Shown here piece after piece: positions 43,006-57,063 of a DNA stretch of 64,000 nucleotides (position 1 is its first letter; each line of letters begins with the position of its first letter). The notes under the pieces are model-generated. The model saw nothing but the letters and a program-made list of their open reading frames with translations, did no database searches and was not told the origin of the DNA. Source of the DNA: Eledone cirrhosa (lineage: Eukaryota). The translations under genes were made by a program, and so were the position numbers. The DNA is taken from contig OZ024742.1 in assembly GCA_964016885.1 (NCBI GenBank), positions 279,868,001 through 279,932,000 on the forward strand, in the 5' to 3' direction.

Positions 43006-43046
<41 letters not shown>

Positions 43047-43060
43047 AATCTAGTTCTAGT

Positions 43061-43068
<8 letters not shown>
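42266..43068. mobile_element. Fold-back element, family B
   Basis: Arms ~42361-42645 and ~42749-43066, ~90-nt left tail; decayed TTGATGA...GAAATATAT motifs point outward. Confidence 0.8.
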
Positions 43069-43129
<61 letters not shown>

Positions 43130-43419
43130 TGTATATATAGTGTATTTTGCAGTACACTGTATGCTTAATTAAAAGCATTTCGAAGACATTCTGCTATTGT
43201 TTTAGAGTAGAGACAGTCTCACTTACTTTAAATTTTCAGCAAACAGGGTGAGATAAAGCTGACAGAGCTATGTTTCGTACTGATTGGTACTTATCAAAGC
43301 CAAGTACCTCACCTGTTTGCTGAAAATCATGAATGTTTGATTCTTATAGAATTTCTAGTAATAATCAGAAACTGATTATACAGAGCGGTTATATATATAT
43401 ATAACTGATTATACAGAGC

Positions 43420-43493
<74 letters not shown>

Positions 43494-43599
43494 GATAAAT
43501 CTACTAAAATGTACGGCAGTGTCCAATCTGTATGAAGAACTCAATGTAATCCGAACATCATGAAAAGAGAAGATGTATTCAAAAGATTTTTTCGGTGAA

Positions 43600-45900
43600 A
43601 ATTAACGGAAAACAGAGTCAAGATAAATTAATAAAATAATGAATAAACAAAGAAACAGTTCCTTATATTAAAAAATTCATCATTTTACGATCGTTTCTAG
43701 GATATATATGTTAGTGTTGGTATGCATATCCTATAGATCTATGTAAAATGTTTACAAACTATCAGAGGGAATATACATACCTACACATGTATATGCTGTC
43801 TTCAGAAATAACGATATTTGTTTATTGAAAAAACCAACAAAGATTTAATACATAGGCCTGTTTGGGAACAGGTTTTGAATTGACCAATAGAAATATAGTG
43901 AAGGTCAAGATAGTAATATAGTAGTAAAAGAACCTTAATTTATGGGTAGAGGAAGGTAGATTTCAGTTTTGGATGGAAAGGATATTATGAATGAAAGATT
44001 ATTTTAGGGATGAGAATAGGTCATATGCTGACCTCAGAAATAATTATATTTGTTCATTGAATAAAACCAACAAAGATTTAATATAGTAGGTTTGTTTGGG
44101 AACAGGTTTTGAATTAACCAATAGAAAGGTAATAATTGGCCAAATGGTAAAATAGTAGTAATTGAAATTTATTTTGGTGTAGAAGAAGGCAGATTTCAGT
44201 TTTGAATGGAAGGAGCATGAAGAATGAAAGGTTTATTTTAGGGGTGTAAATAGGTCAGGTCAGTAAAAGGTAACACGAAAGGTTGCTGTTATAAAAGAAT
44301 AATGCCAATGTAAATATCTAAGGAGACTAAAATTTTACGATAAAAGTGTTAGTGAAAAAAATATATATGGAATTTACATCTATGAAAAGAATATAAATTA
44401 ATTTAATTGATGGGTATATTTATATTGATCAAATTATATTAATGCATATAGATATGATAAATAAGATTTAGATGTAATTGAAGAGTGCTGTTAAAAACGA
44501 GGGGAAATTAAATAAATATAAAAAGAATATATATATATATATATATATAATTATTGGGGGAGGGGCAGTTAAATTTATTAGTGAGAAATAATAAATATAT
44601 AGAGATTTCAAGGAACATAGAATCATAACCTGAAATTAAAACTTTATATATGTTTACTTAATGGTATCAATTTTAGGAAAAGATAGTTGTAAGAAGGAAA
44701 GTAAAATTATGTAGTTCATCAGTAGTAGAGTATTAATTATAGGTTAACTAAATTAAAAATAGTTTTTATGTTAATTTCTAAAATGTATATTAATTAGGTT
44801 TATAATATTTAAAGGTTTTTCTCAGTTTATGATTACACGATATTATTAATTCCTGTCGCTTATTTAATAGGATAACCTTAGATTTCATTATTTCAAAAAG
44901 TTCTTGGGAACATAATCTACATTCATATCTATTATTTTGATAAGGGGTGGCCCTTTTGAGCACACTCCAGGTCAGGTCATAATCTATATTCTCCTTTCTA
45001 TAATTATTAATTATTTCAGCTAGAGATGTTGTATTAGCTAATACGGCATTTTAAAAACTATGTTTGTGGGTATTAAATCTTACCTTAAATTGGTTAGAGG
45101 TAGCTCCTATATATGAATAAATTGAGTCCTTAGTGTTAACTTTACATTTATATACTATGTTATTAACAAGGCAATTTCCTTTTAATGGGCAGTTTGCTTT
45201 GTTTCTACAGTTACAACTTTTCGTGAATCCTGTATCAGAGGAGATATTATGGTTAGTTTGATGTACTGGTGGTATACTCATGTTTTCTTTTACATTTATA
45301 TGCATTGTGGGCACTTATATTTTGTTTTATGTTTTTGGTTGTTGTGTAGGAGAATTTAACCGTTGATCTATTTAAAATTTGATGGTATTTGTGGTTTGGC
45401 GGGAAGTTCTTCTCTAGGATATTAAACAATTTTTTAGGTATATTATCCTTAATTTGTAAATTAAATGGACCATTATACCAAGTAACTCGTCTATTACGGT
45501 TTCGATGTTGTTTATTGTTTTTATAGGTTGTATCCTGATGTTTATTAAGAGAATTATTGTTAATGACTTCACCACACACATTTTTAGCTAGATTTATTGA
45601 TTTAGGTGTTTTAGCTTGTTTATTAGGAGTTTTATTATTAACATTTATTAGAGTAGTAGGATGAGTAGTTTCTTGAGAGTTACTATATTGTATATTAGAA
45701 GAGTTAGAGAAATTTAGTTTTATGTTGGTATTTTGGGGTATAGTGTGAGTGGCATTTAGGTGTGTAAGTTTCATTTCGTGTTTGTTGGTAATATTAGGTT
45801 GTATGTGTGTAGTGTTATTGGTACAAGCTATATATACTAATTTATTTTTGTGGCCACTTCTAGCTAAAGCTTCGTTATAGAAGGTCGCATTTTTATCAAA
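43600..45900 (-). mobile_element. Decayed Penelope-like element (Naiad-like): GIY-YIG region, 3' repeats and hammerhead
   Basis: RRVTWYNGPF..FPPNHKYHQILNRSTVKFSY; CNCRNKANCPLKGNC..IVYKC..YIGAT..FKVRFNTHK; after a stop, W..L..ATPY..CRLC..E..LNKRQE..CNH to ~44791; direct repeats ~43795-44020 and ~44027-44260. Confidence 0.8.
43682..43809 (-). ncRNA. Hammerhead with a long (~105-nt) stem II insertion
   Basis: ATTT-CTGAAGA-[long]-GAAA-CGATCG-TA-AAAT; palindromic stem III ACGATCGT; located at the 3' end of the PLE. Confidence 0.6.
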
Positions 45901-46413
45901 TACACATTTATATATATATATATACGCATATGTATTTATATATATGTAAATACATACATATATATATATATATATATAAAGCATTTCTAACATTAATTTT
46001 TACCTAATTATGTATGGTTGACCGTATATTTAATTAATGTCTACGTGCTGTTGAAATGTTGGGTAAATATTCTATAGTGGTTGGACGCGAAGACGCCGCT
46101 GTGGCGTATTTATATACTGTTTCTTCATAGATGCCTTTTATTCTTATAGCCTGGTCTAATTGATTTTTTGTGTAGTTAATAATGCTGATTTGGAATAGAG
46201 ATGATGTATATATATTATCTAATAATTCTCTGGACATGCTTTACTCTATAGTATATATATACATATAGTAATAATAAATACGAAGACCAAAATCCAAAGA
46301 GGACTCGATAAGTCTTGTATATATTGTACATATTTAAGTATATATAAACCCGTAGAGAAAATATTTAATATCAGTAAAGATTAAAAGTTTAAGCAATATC
46401 TATCTATATATCT

Positions 46414-46605
<192 letters not shown>

Positions 46606-46966
46606 ATACACATATATATATATGTAAATACATACATTATATAGAAACAAACATACATACATACATGCATACATACACAATATATCTATCTGCAAATAAA
46701 AATGATGTCTGTGTTTTTCGATTTTTCTTGATTTCCTACGAACTTTACGGCTGGTAAAATTATCTATTTTCACCATATTTCGCTGGAAGTCTCTTGGAAC
46801 AAAAGTAAACATTTACAACTTAATTTTCATATTGCTCTCTCTTTCTCCCTCTCTCTTTCTCCCTGATTCTTTATTCTTATTTCTCCGCTCCATAAATACA
46901 CACAAACACACACACACATATATATATATATAATCCTCTCTCTCTCTATGTTTATATATATATCCC

Positions 46967-47106
<140 letters not shown>

Positions 47107-47886
47107 TAGATACACACACACATTTATATATATATATACGCATATGTATTTATACATGTAGATATACATACATACATACATACATACATACATACATACA
47201 TACATACATACATACATACATACATACATACATACATACATACATACATCAACCCACACAACACACACATTCTACAATATAACGTTTAATATATTTATGT
47301 TTCACACCTAAGTGGAGAAGGCAACTGGAAACTGCTTCAGACTCATGCAGGTGTGGAAAAATGATACGTGTTCGTATTTATTTATTATCTATTTATATAT
47401 CTCTTCTGGAATTCTAATAAAACGTGATTCTTCCAGCGGAATGAATAGTGATGCAGTTAGGTGAAAATTGAGGTGGAAACTCGAGATTGTGACAATATAT
47501 AAAACATTTCTATATTTTTTATCGAAAGTCTACGATACGTAGTTATGGCTGTGTACTTATTAATCTAGATATGCAGACATATGTCTCCATGTTCGATTTC
47601 TTTCCTTGGCACTTTTGATTCAAGTGTATTTCTATCATAGCCACACAGTTTGACTAGATGAAGGTTCGCGGATAAAATATGTTATACGGAAACTGTGCGT
47701 GAGGAAGCTCGCCCAATATATATAAATATATATATGTATATATATATATATTAGAATGTGAGGTTTTTTTTACAAATTGAAAAACCGAGGTGTCCTACAC
47801 GAGTGAAAGTATAAAGAAAAAGAGATGAAATCGAAAATGCAACTGGAGTCTTATTTAAAAAAAAAAATATTTATATTTATTTGGTT

Positions 47887-47924
47887 CCTTTACCGGTTTC
47901 GCAGTTCTTCTGCTTTTCAAAAGG
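47887..47924 (-). ncRNA. Variant-core minimal hammerhead
   Basis: CCTT-TTGAAAA-GCAG-aagaa-CTGC-GAAA-CCGG-TA-AAGG; all three stems intact. Confidence 0.65.
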
Positions 47925-48492
47925 TGAGTTGAGATGGAGGGTCTGTGGTTTTTCTCACATCTGGTTGGTCTCTGAATGTTACTTGTTTTATATGGAAAAA
48001 GTTGCTAGAAATGCCAGGTTTTTCGAGAAGTAATTTCATTTGTTTGTCAATAATTATAATAAATTTCGCGCCAGTTCGCGTTACAATAGTTCTTCAAATA
48101 AGAGGGGGGGTGTCACAGGTTGTGTTTTCATATATGAGTGTTTGAATTTCTTTTTACTTGAAAAATGGGGCTCACGAAGGCTTTTTTTGGTTGGTTATAA
48201 ATGAAATTATGGCTGTCACGTGAACAAGTTTTCATAAAATTTTCGTGCCCCTATTTGGAAATCCAATCTGTAGCCTTTTTAGAGAATTTAATGATAAGTG
48301 AAAGATAATGGTCAAGAGAAAGGGATGGGAGAATTGTTCTGGATCAGTGAATATGGTTAGTTCGCTGGGGTGTCAGAATTCAGATGTTCTATTGAATAAA
48401 GAAAGTAAAGATATGTATGTTTATCTGTGTGCATGTGTGTGTGTGTGCGTGTGTGTGTGTGTTGTGTGTGTGTGTTTGAATTTCTTTACTAT

Positions 48493-48543
<51 letters not shown>

Positions 48544-48589
48544 GAAAGGTATAGAAAGTATTGTAGCAAGAATCCAACAACATTCCATA

Positions 48590-48621
<32 letters not shown>

Positions 48622-48648
48622 CTAACATATATATATATATATATGTAT

Positions 48649-48713
<65 letters not shown>

Positions 48714-48717
<4 letters not shown>

Positions 48718-48946
48718 AGTTAATATAAATTAATATATATGATAAAACACAAATACCAACATATAAGTGTTTGTATTGTAAATGACTAAGTTAGCTAGAT
48801 TACAATACAAACACTTATATGTTCGTATTTGTGTTTTATCATATATATTAATTTATATTAACTTGTATTACACGGCTCAGAAATACTTCTTTCTTTGAGC
48901 TATTTCATTGTAAAGGACTGCCTGAGTTTAGAACTCATTATTCTTA

Positions 48947-48948
<2 letters not shown>
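48714..48948. repeat. Fold-back insertion in (TA)n
   Basis: Arms ~48714-48782 and ~48799-48868 plus ~80-nt right tail. Confidence 0.75.
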
Positions 48949-49045
<97 letters not shown>

Positions 49046-49051
49046 GCTTTC

Positions 49052-49137
<86 letters not shown>

Positions 49138-49149
49138 TTATGTATATAT

Positions 49150-49510
49150 ATATAGTTAGGAAAGCACAACATTGCTTTTTGTGATCCAGTTCGTGGTTAA
49201 GAAAGCCAGTTTCATGGGTGGTTTCAACGTACAGTTAGGGGTAACTCCTCGAGTTTTTAAGAATTCGTTCAATCTTGGAGTATAAAGTATAAAAGAGAAA
49301 ACACAGGTAAGCATTAAGAGAAGGATTTTATCCAGGTATTTACGACCGTTTCATTGGTAAGTGCAATCTTATATTGCTATACTGCAGTATATATATATAT
49401 GCTATATTGCAGTATAGCAATATAAGGTTGCATTTACCAATGAAACGGTCGTAAATACCTGGATAAAATCCTTCTCTTAATGCTTACCTGTGTTTTCTCT
49501 TTTATACTAT
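49150..49510. repeat. Fold-back insertion carrying outward-facing 3' halves of a hammerhead
   Basis: Arms ~49286-49388 and ~49403-49508 containing GAAACGGTCGTA; ~135-nt left tail. Confidence 0.7.
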
Positions 49511-49554
49511 ATATATATATAACATATTTTATTAAAGTGAACATTAAATGATAC

Positions 49555-49637
<83 letters not shown>

Positions 49638-49678
49638 CGAAACATAAGTCAATTGGATGAACTCATAATCCTTTATTT

Positions 49679-49734
49679 ACTGCTATATATATTTCGATGA
49701 TAGACATTGAATGGCTATGACCTCATCAGGCAGT
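49679..49734 (-). ncRNA. Minimal hammerhead ribozyme
   Basis: ACTGC-CTGATGA-GGTCATAG..CTATCATC-GAAA-TATATA-TA-GCAGT, then AATAAA. Confidence 0.75.
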
Positions 49735-50041
49735 TAGTCAGTTCTTAGATATGCCAGCTCTGTGTGTATAGTGTTGTTTGTATCAGATCCTTGGGACATA
49801 TGAGCTTGTTAGGGATATTTTGATGTTGTCAGCAGGAATAGTCTTGATTCTCATTGGTCAGTTTGTAGATGGTAATAGGTTGGTATTTGACCTCAAAGAG
49901 GCAGGTGGTTCTGTAGGGTTCAAACCATCAGGCCAGATGACGATAGTTCCACATGACTGATTTTCACAAAAGGCACTCTTGGTCAGATATATTTTTAAAT
50001 AAGGATAATAGTATGAAATATATACAACAGGTCATTCTTAA

Positions 50042-50138
<97 letters not shown>

Positions 50139-51883
50139 TATATGGTAGGGCAAATGCCTCGCAGTATTTATCTCGAATATCTGCTCTCTGAATTCAAATC
50201 CTGCATTGGGAAACTTTGCATTTCAGACTATACTGTTCGAGATAATGAAATCGGTCGATTAGTGGAATTATTAAATCATAACTTGCTGTATTTATTACTA
50301 CCCATGCTGACTGAATACAAATGCCACTGTGGCCACATTTAGTAATAGACGTAATATATCGCAGAATTTAAAACTACCACCAGCCTATATTGCCATTAGC
50401 GCAGTCCCCTCTCTTTGAAAGACTCACGGATCGAGCCTTCAATTTCAAGTTAACTTCTCTATTCCTCCTTTCTTCCCTTCTTCTCCCATTTCTTGCAGAC
50501 TTTGAAAAATCTCACGGGTACTCATCGTTTCTTTTCTACTTTAGAGTAAAAATGTTTTATACCTATTTGGAAGAAATACCACAAGGCATCATATCATAAA
50601 CTCTAATAATAATGCTTTAGATTGATATTTTATTCTGTCGACCTCGAAAAGGTGACAAAGTTGACCTGGCCTCAGTTGAATCTGAACTCACAATACAAAG
50701 AGAGGGAACCAACATAGTAAAACAAATAAAAAGAGAACGGCCGATATAATTTGGCACCAGTAACGTCACAAACGAACTCGGAACGTGAGGAGCCAAAGTA
50801 GGCACCTCAGGGGCCAGCCCTGAAGCGTTATCGACTCTGCCACTTCGCCAACGCTGCTTTAATACATTGCTCAATTATTAAAGTGAACATTAAATGATAC
50901 AGTTCTATGAGTAATAGCAGAAAAAAGAAACACAGAAGAAAATGAAGAGAAGACAAAAGATATCAAATCGAATCAAATCAGATAAGATATCAAAGAGAAA
51001 ACGTGCGAAGAAAGAGACAGCAATGACAGATTTCAGAATCACCAATTTTAGTGATTGTTGGCAATGATGTAGACAATTTTATGTGCTGTTTCCTTCTTAA
51101 CTGTTCATCAATTTTTTATAACAAAATGTCACCTATGATATTGCTCAACTTACAATTTTTTCTTCTCCATTTTGTTTTTCTATTTTCTTGAGCTTTTATT
51201 TTTCATATCTTTATATCGTTATCATGAAATACTTTCCAAAATACATTTTTTGAACTTAGATCATTTTTACCTAACTAATTTTTATTAATAATATAAAATG
51301 TTTTGTTTAGTGATTCTAGAGGGGTGAGAGTATTATATTTTCAGTGGTAGATGCGATAGAGTATCACTTGAAAGAGGAGTATAATGACAGTCATAAATGT
51401 AATATGTTAAAAATGGTGAGAGTAATGAAACGTCAGTGTCTAATGTACTTCAGTGACGGTGATGAATGTAGTTTGATGTTTGTATGGAGTGTCGAGGTGG
51501 AAATAATATAAGCTTCATTGCTGCTTCTGACATTCTGAGTTCCAACCACAGAAAGCTCAATTTTGCTGCCCCACCTATCTGTATTCTGCGTTGAAACCTC
51601 ACGGTGGCTAATCGATCACAATAAAAATGATTGGAGACTTATCCTGTATATATGCATAGCTAATTATATATAACATGAGAGCGATTCGTGAATGGTGGAC
51701 TTGATGGCGAAGATGATCATAATAACAGTGATAGTGATATCAATGATGATGGGGATGATGGTGATATAATGCTGACAGGGATATATCGACATCAACTACT
51801 CAGGAATTAATGAATCTATAAAGGGTCATATAATAGGAAGTAAAAAAGAAATAAGATCTTATAAAAAACATAACAGTTTGAAA

Positions 51884-52898
51884 ATAAAAACAAATAACGA
51901 AACGAAATTAAATTTCGCTTCGTTTGTAACTCACTTTTGTATGACTGACGCTTAAACAATTAAGTTAAAGATGTACATCCATATATGTATACTGAAATAC
52001 TAGTATGTATATGAATACACACACGCATACATATGTAGATGTACCAAGTTTTTTCCCTGGTCACTTTACTGTGAGTGGCCAGCTATTCTGTATGTAAACA
52101 CACAGACAAACCGGTTTTTAGAGTCATACTGGTTTTTGAGGAAACACCTTTCCTCTATTCCCCACAAAGCCAGACAAGGAATATTGAACTAGTTTCGTTG
52201 TTGTTACAACTCATCAGCAATATTTACCTATCTTCCGGCCTCTCTAGAGAATCGTAAAAGCACATATCGTTATATGTTTTTATCGTCTCCGTTGAACCGG
52301 TACTTACTCACACTCTATGCAGATTAGTCTGCCCACTACTAATTTTCATAGAAAAAGCATATAACGATATGTGCTTTTACGATTCTCTAGAGAGGCCGGA
52401 AGATAGGTAAATATTGCTGATGAGTTGTAACAACAACGAAACTAGTTCAATATTCCTTGTCTGGCTTTGTGGGGAATAGAGGAAAGGTGTTTCCTCAAAA
52501 ACCAGTATGACTCTAAAAACCGGTTTGTCTGTGTGTTTACATACAGAATAGCTGGCCACTCACAGTAAAGTGACCAGGGAAAAAACTTGGTACATCTACA
52601 TATGTATACGTGTGTGTATTCATATACATACTAGTATTTCAGTATACATATATGGATGTACATCTTTAACTTAATTGTTTAAGCGTCAGTCATACAAAAG
52701 TGAGTTACAAACGAAGCGAAATTTAATTTCGTTTCGTTATTTGTTTTTATCGTCTCCGTTGAACCGGTACTTACTCACACTCTATGCAGATTAGTCTGCC
52801 CACTACTAATTTTCATAGAAAAAGCTTTTACGATTCTCTAGAGAGGCCGGAAGATAGGTAAATATTGCTGATGAGTTGTAACAACAACGAAACTAGTT
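51884..52898. mobile_element. Young hammerhead-containing non-autonomous retroelement (retrozyme/PLE-like): inverted arm plus ~1.3 tandem monomers, 11-bp TSD
   Basis: 51884-52276 is the near-perfect reverse complement of ~52358-52750; unit restarts at 52277 and ~52744; AGTTTGAAAAT at 51875-51885 and 52895-52905. Confidence 0.85.
52410..52454 (+). ncRNA. Minimal type I hammerhead ribozyme (inverted copy at 52180-52224 minus; truncated copy at 52861-52898 plus)
   Basis: AATATTG-CTGATGA-GTTGT-aaca-ACAAC-GAAA-CTAG-TT-CAATATT: 7-bp stem I, 5-bp stem II, palindromic stem III ACTAGT. Confidence 0.88.
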
Positions 52899-53666
52899 TG
52901 AAAATGTTTATGGAATAATAATTTTCGGATAGGAATATTTACTCTATGCGCATACAGTTTCCATGATAACATTCTTGCGAAATATCCTGTGGTAAACATT
53001 TGAAAGCACAAATATGGCTCGTTACCTGTTTTCAGATTAGATGTTAAGACCAAAATAAGGTAAAAGCTTATAGTATTTATGCGTATGAACTTTCGATTGA
53101 TGAAGCTCGGTTGCATACAAAGCAAAAAGTGGTTGGCTCTAATTAATGGGATGGGGGTGGGGGGATAATGCTCGGACATATATGATTGATACGCGATTCA
53201 GGTTGGTTTCGTCTTTCCGATCTAGTGGAGATGGCCACTCTGACAGTTCGACAGTTGATGAACAAAAGAGTTAGTGTGCTCTTCCTTAGCTGCTAAACAC
53301 CAGTGTTGAATTTCACGATTTTTGAAATTCATAGCAAGGCTGCAAAAATGTGTATTTACATAAACATTTCGTATATCATTCAATATACAAACCCTATCAC
53401 GTATCAATCATGCTATATCAGAATATTATTACGCCTCCCCCCTCTCTCCCTCTCTCTCACACACACGCACACACAAGCACACATATATATACATCCATAA
53501 ACAGAAATAGCGAAGCAAACGAGACTACAATAAAGAAGTGTAAAAGTTTTACGATTGATGTAGTAGGAAAAGTATCTTAAATTTTCCGGTGCATCGGAAA
53601 ATAGTATAAATAATAATAAAAAAAACATAAAGGTAGATGAGATGGAGAAGCGACGGAAACAAGATG

Positions 53667-53729
<63 letters not shown>

Positions 53730-54111
53730 CTATGTATTTATGTATATCTGTATTATAAATCATTATCCCTATCTTCACACAAATCTAGGAGATCTCTTTC
53801 ACAGTATCTCTGGAGAATTTAATCTAATCAGATCACAGAATACATGTATTCCTTTTTCTGATATTATTCCAGAATATCGAGTGTAAAGTAATTTCGCTGT
53901 ATTAAAGCCGCAGATGGTATTCACGGAAATTAGGACTAATTATGGATTAGTGAAATTAGAAACAAAAACAGGAATAATAATGAATAAAGATAGAAATAAT
54001 TATACATGCATCTCTCTCACACTCTCTCGGTCGCTCTCGCTCTCTCTCTCTATATATATATATATACATATATATATATAGTAGAACACACATACATACT
54101 TGTATCATATG

Positions 54112-54152
<41 letters not shown>

Positions 54153-54164
54153 GCTCCCACGCGT

Positions 54165-54195
<31 letters not shown>

Positions 54196-54689
54196 TCGAA
54201 GTGTGTCTACAAAGGGAGGAATATGTGGAAGCTGAATGTATGTATTAATGTTTTGAATTATTCCATCATTGCCATTGGCTCCCTTTATTCGGTAACTGTA
54301 TCCATGCGTTGCTATTTTTTAAATGCTGCTGAAACCATTGCTACGAATAACGCCATTTCTAGTATATCGAGATAAGGCATCTAGAACTGCCTAGAACTGC
54401 CTCTGCAAGGTTATATCTTTCAATGGCCATTCAAAAATGACCAATCTTTATTCATGACAATGACAGGCTGGTGTTTCCCAAATGACCCTGTGGAAATTGA
54501 TCGATCTAGAAGTATGAATCCCTCTATCACCTTGCTTACTTTCATACACCTCTGCTACTGATTGACACTTTCTCAAACAACTCGGTATCTTCTTGCAATA
54601 GAAGGTTTTTGGTAATCAAACATCAGTACATTTTACTCTGAAATAATTCCTGTATTCCAGAACACCAGAATTTTATACTACCAGAATAT

Positions 54690-55146
54690 ACCTGTTTCTT
54701 GGGTAATGACCGAAAGAATATGATCGCGAATACAAGCGGCCGAAATAGGATTTCCTCCAAAGGGTCTTTGGTGTAGCGTTACTCGATAAACTGTGTAGCT
54801 CGAAGAGCAGAGAATCACTGCAGGTAGTGCTAATACTTCTCCGAATTGAGCGATCACATGGGCATGTGGGTAGATTGTCTTAGGAAAAAATAGCTGGACA
54901 GATTTTATAGGCAAAACCAACTAGCAGGAGAACCAGTGGTAGACCACAAGCAAGATGGTTGGATAACATCCATGAGCTTGGCTGGTTATGCTTGGAGAAG
55001 GTTGCTTCTGATAGGACACGCTTCGAAGGAGTTTTTGAGAACTGCCTCCACCACCCATTCAGGAATAAGTGACAGAAGAAGAAGAAGAAGAAGAAGAAGA
55101 AGAAGAAGAAGAAGAAGAAGAAGAAGAAGAAGAAGAAGAAGAAGAA
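54690..55146 (+). mobile_element. Decayed RTE-1-like LINE 3' end with (GAA)n tail
   Basis: Remnants WVMTERI..IQAAEIGF, LLRIERS, GRPQARWLD, followed by (GAA)n at 55075-55146. Confidence 0.7.
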
Positions 55147-56972
55147 AATTTCAATAATGGTTATTATCTCGATTAATATAATTAATACTGTAATGAGATA
55201 TATTCCTTAATAATTGTTAGTTAAGTCGGTATCGATAAATATAGTAACGGTAGAGTTGTAAGGGAAGTAGTCGACTGCATAGAAATCTTTATATAACCTT
55301 ATTTTAAAATGGCTTCCACACCGCTGTATGAACAGTTCAGGGCAGTTGTTTCTATATGCATATATATGCATATATATGATATACGGGGGTTGGTATTTCG
55401 TTATTGTATTTGATTTGCCAAATTATTTATGTAACGTCTTGTGTTGCAGTAAATGTTATAATGTTAGATTTTGGGAGGACCATGCTTCCCTTAAATCAAA
55501 AGTACCAGTTTAGTTTCACTTTTATTTTATTATTAGTCAGGTAGCGAATCCATTCCTTCGGTAGTCTATATATGTCTTCTTCTGCGGCCGAGTTTACACT
55601 CGCAAATGTACTTCATATTTGTTTCGGTTGCTGAATACAATCTGGGGTCGTTGCTTCTCCTGAAGGGCAATAGCGCCTTTCAATTGTCAATTTGCATTGA
55701 TCATCTGCAAAGCCGCATTGCTCTCAGAACCACTACACCAGTCTTTCGATGCGTGCCTCTGGAATTACTGCCACCCATTGATTTGGTAGGATGTTTTTTT
55801 TTTTTTTTTTTTTAGATGGCCGTTGACTCTGATGAGTTCTTCCGCCCTTTGTCAGGCTCTGTTTTTTGTCCTGCCGGGTGTCCAAAATCACCCTCATCAA
55901 GTAAATTGGAGGAGTTACCGGTTTAGTCATGGACAACCCAACCATATATATATACATATAAGTATTGCACCAACAAAAATATAAACGTCGGCGTGAAGAA
56001 ATGAAGAATGTATTTGCTTTAACGTGGCCATTATAATCTTCTACATATGCTGACTTCAATATATATTGTTTAATCATATGCAATACTTAATTATTTTTCA
56101 CACTTCATCAGAAAGGCTATAATATTGGAAGAAAACGCGGTAGAATTCAGAAATGGGATTTTCGACTAAAAAAAAAAAAATGTAAATAGTTAAAATGATA
56201 ATCAAAATAGAATGAAATACAGTCAGTTAGTATGATTGTGTGGGGGAGAAGTAGTGGTGGTAAAGTGTTTCACATTATCAATCTCTGTGCTGTGATGTTG
56301 AACAATTATTGTTTGACTATTGGTATGTATGAAGGTTTTGATGTTTACCATATATGGTCGAGAGGTACAAAAAGGTCGAAGGTATAAAGAGAAGGACAGA
56401 AAAGAGGAGGGTAGTAATAAAGAGTAGGGTAGAATGGATTAGGAGGAAAGGGAATAAGAAAATGAGATTGTTTCGAATATTAGTGAATTCTTGGGATAAT
56501 GTGACAAGTTCAAATGCCACAGGAAATATATATATATAAGTTTACCCGGGTTCAATCGGGGGTAACCATAGTAAGTAAAGTACTCAATACATAGCAGAGT
56601 ATACATATTCAATATAGAAAAGGCTTCTACAGGACTTGAACTGTTTCATTCGAGGGAAATAATCAGGAAGCCGGCTTCCTGATGATTTCTACCGAAATAT
56701 ATATATATATATATATATATGTTGGGGGATGGGTATTGACGAAAATCTTTGGATAAGCAAAGATCTCGGTTCGACTCCCATGTACGTCAATCCTCATCCT
56801 TTTCCATTTAGAGGGTTTTAAACCCCACTATCAGGCTAAGTTTTTTAAGACAAAATAGAGTGAAAGCTTCTATTTCTAACTCAATTTCAAACTTTTCTCG
56901 CGATCTTCAAAACAAAAAAACAAAAGACGCTTGCTTTGTTAATATTTATATATATATACATGTGTGTGTGTG

Positions 56973-57063
56973 TGCCTTTCATCCTTACGGGGTCGATAAA
57001 ATGAAGTAGCAGTAATGCACTGGTTAATTGCTGGCCTTGTGCCAAAAGTAGAAAGAAACAATT
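56973..57063 (+). mobile_element. 5'-truncated SINE
   Basis: 3' half of the core. Confidence 0.7.

Noticed and set aside
43233-43327. Small inverted repeat enclosing TTGATAA-GTAC..GTAC-GAAACATAGC (minus)
   Set aside because: Stem III and cleavage site incomplete; not called a ribozyme
44791-45314. Selenocysteine recoding, as reported for some Naiad PLEs
   Set aside because: The in-frame stop seen is TAA, not TGA, and no SECIS was recognised; copy is decayed
52075-52559. Identical 60-aa ORFs on opposite strands
   Set aside because: Consequence of the inverted repeat; GTG start, antisense to the ribozyme, no protein motif
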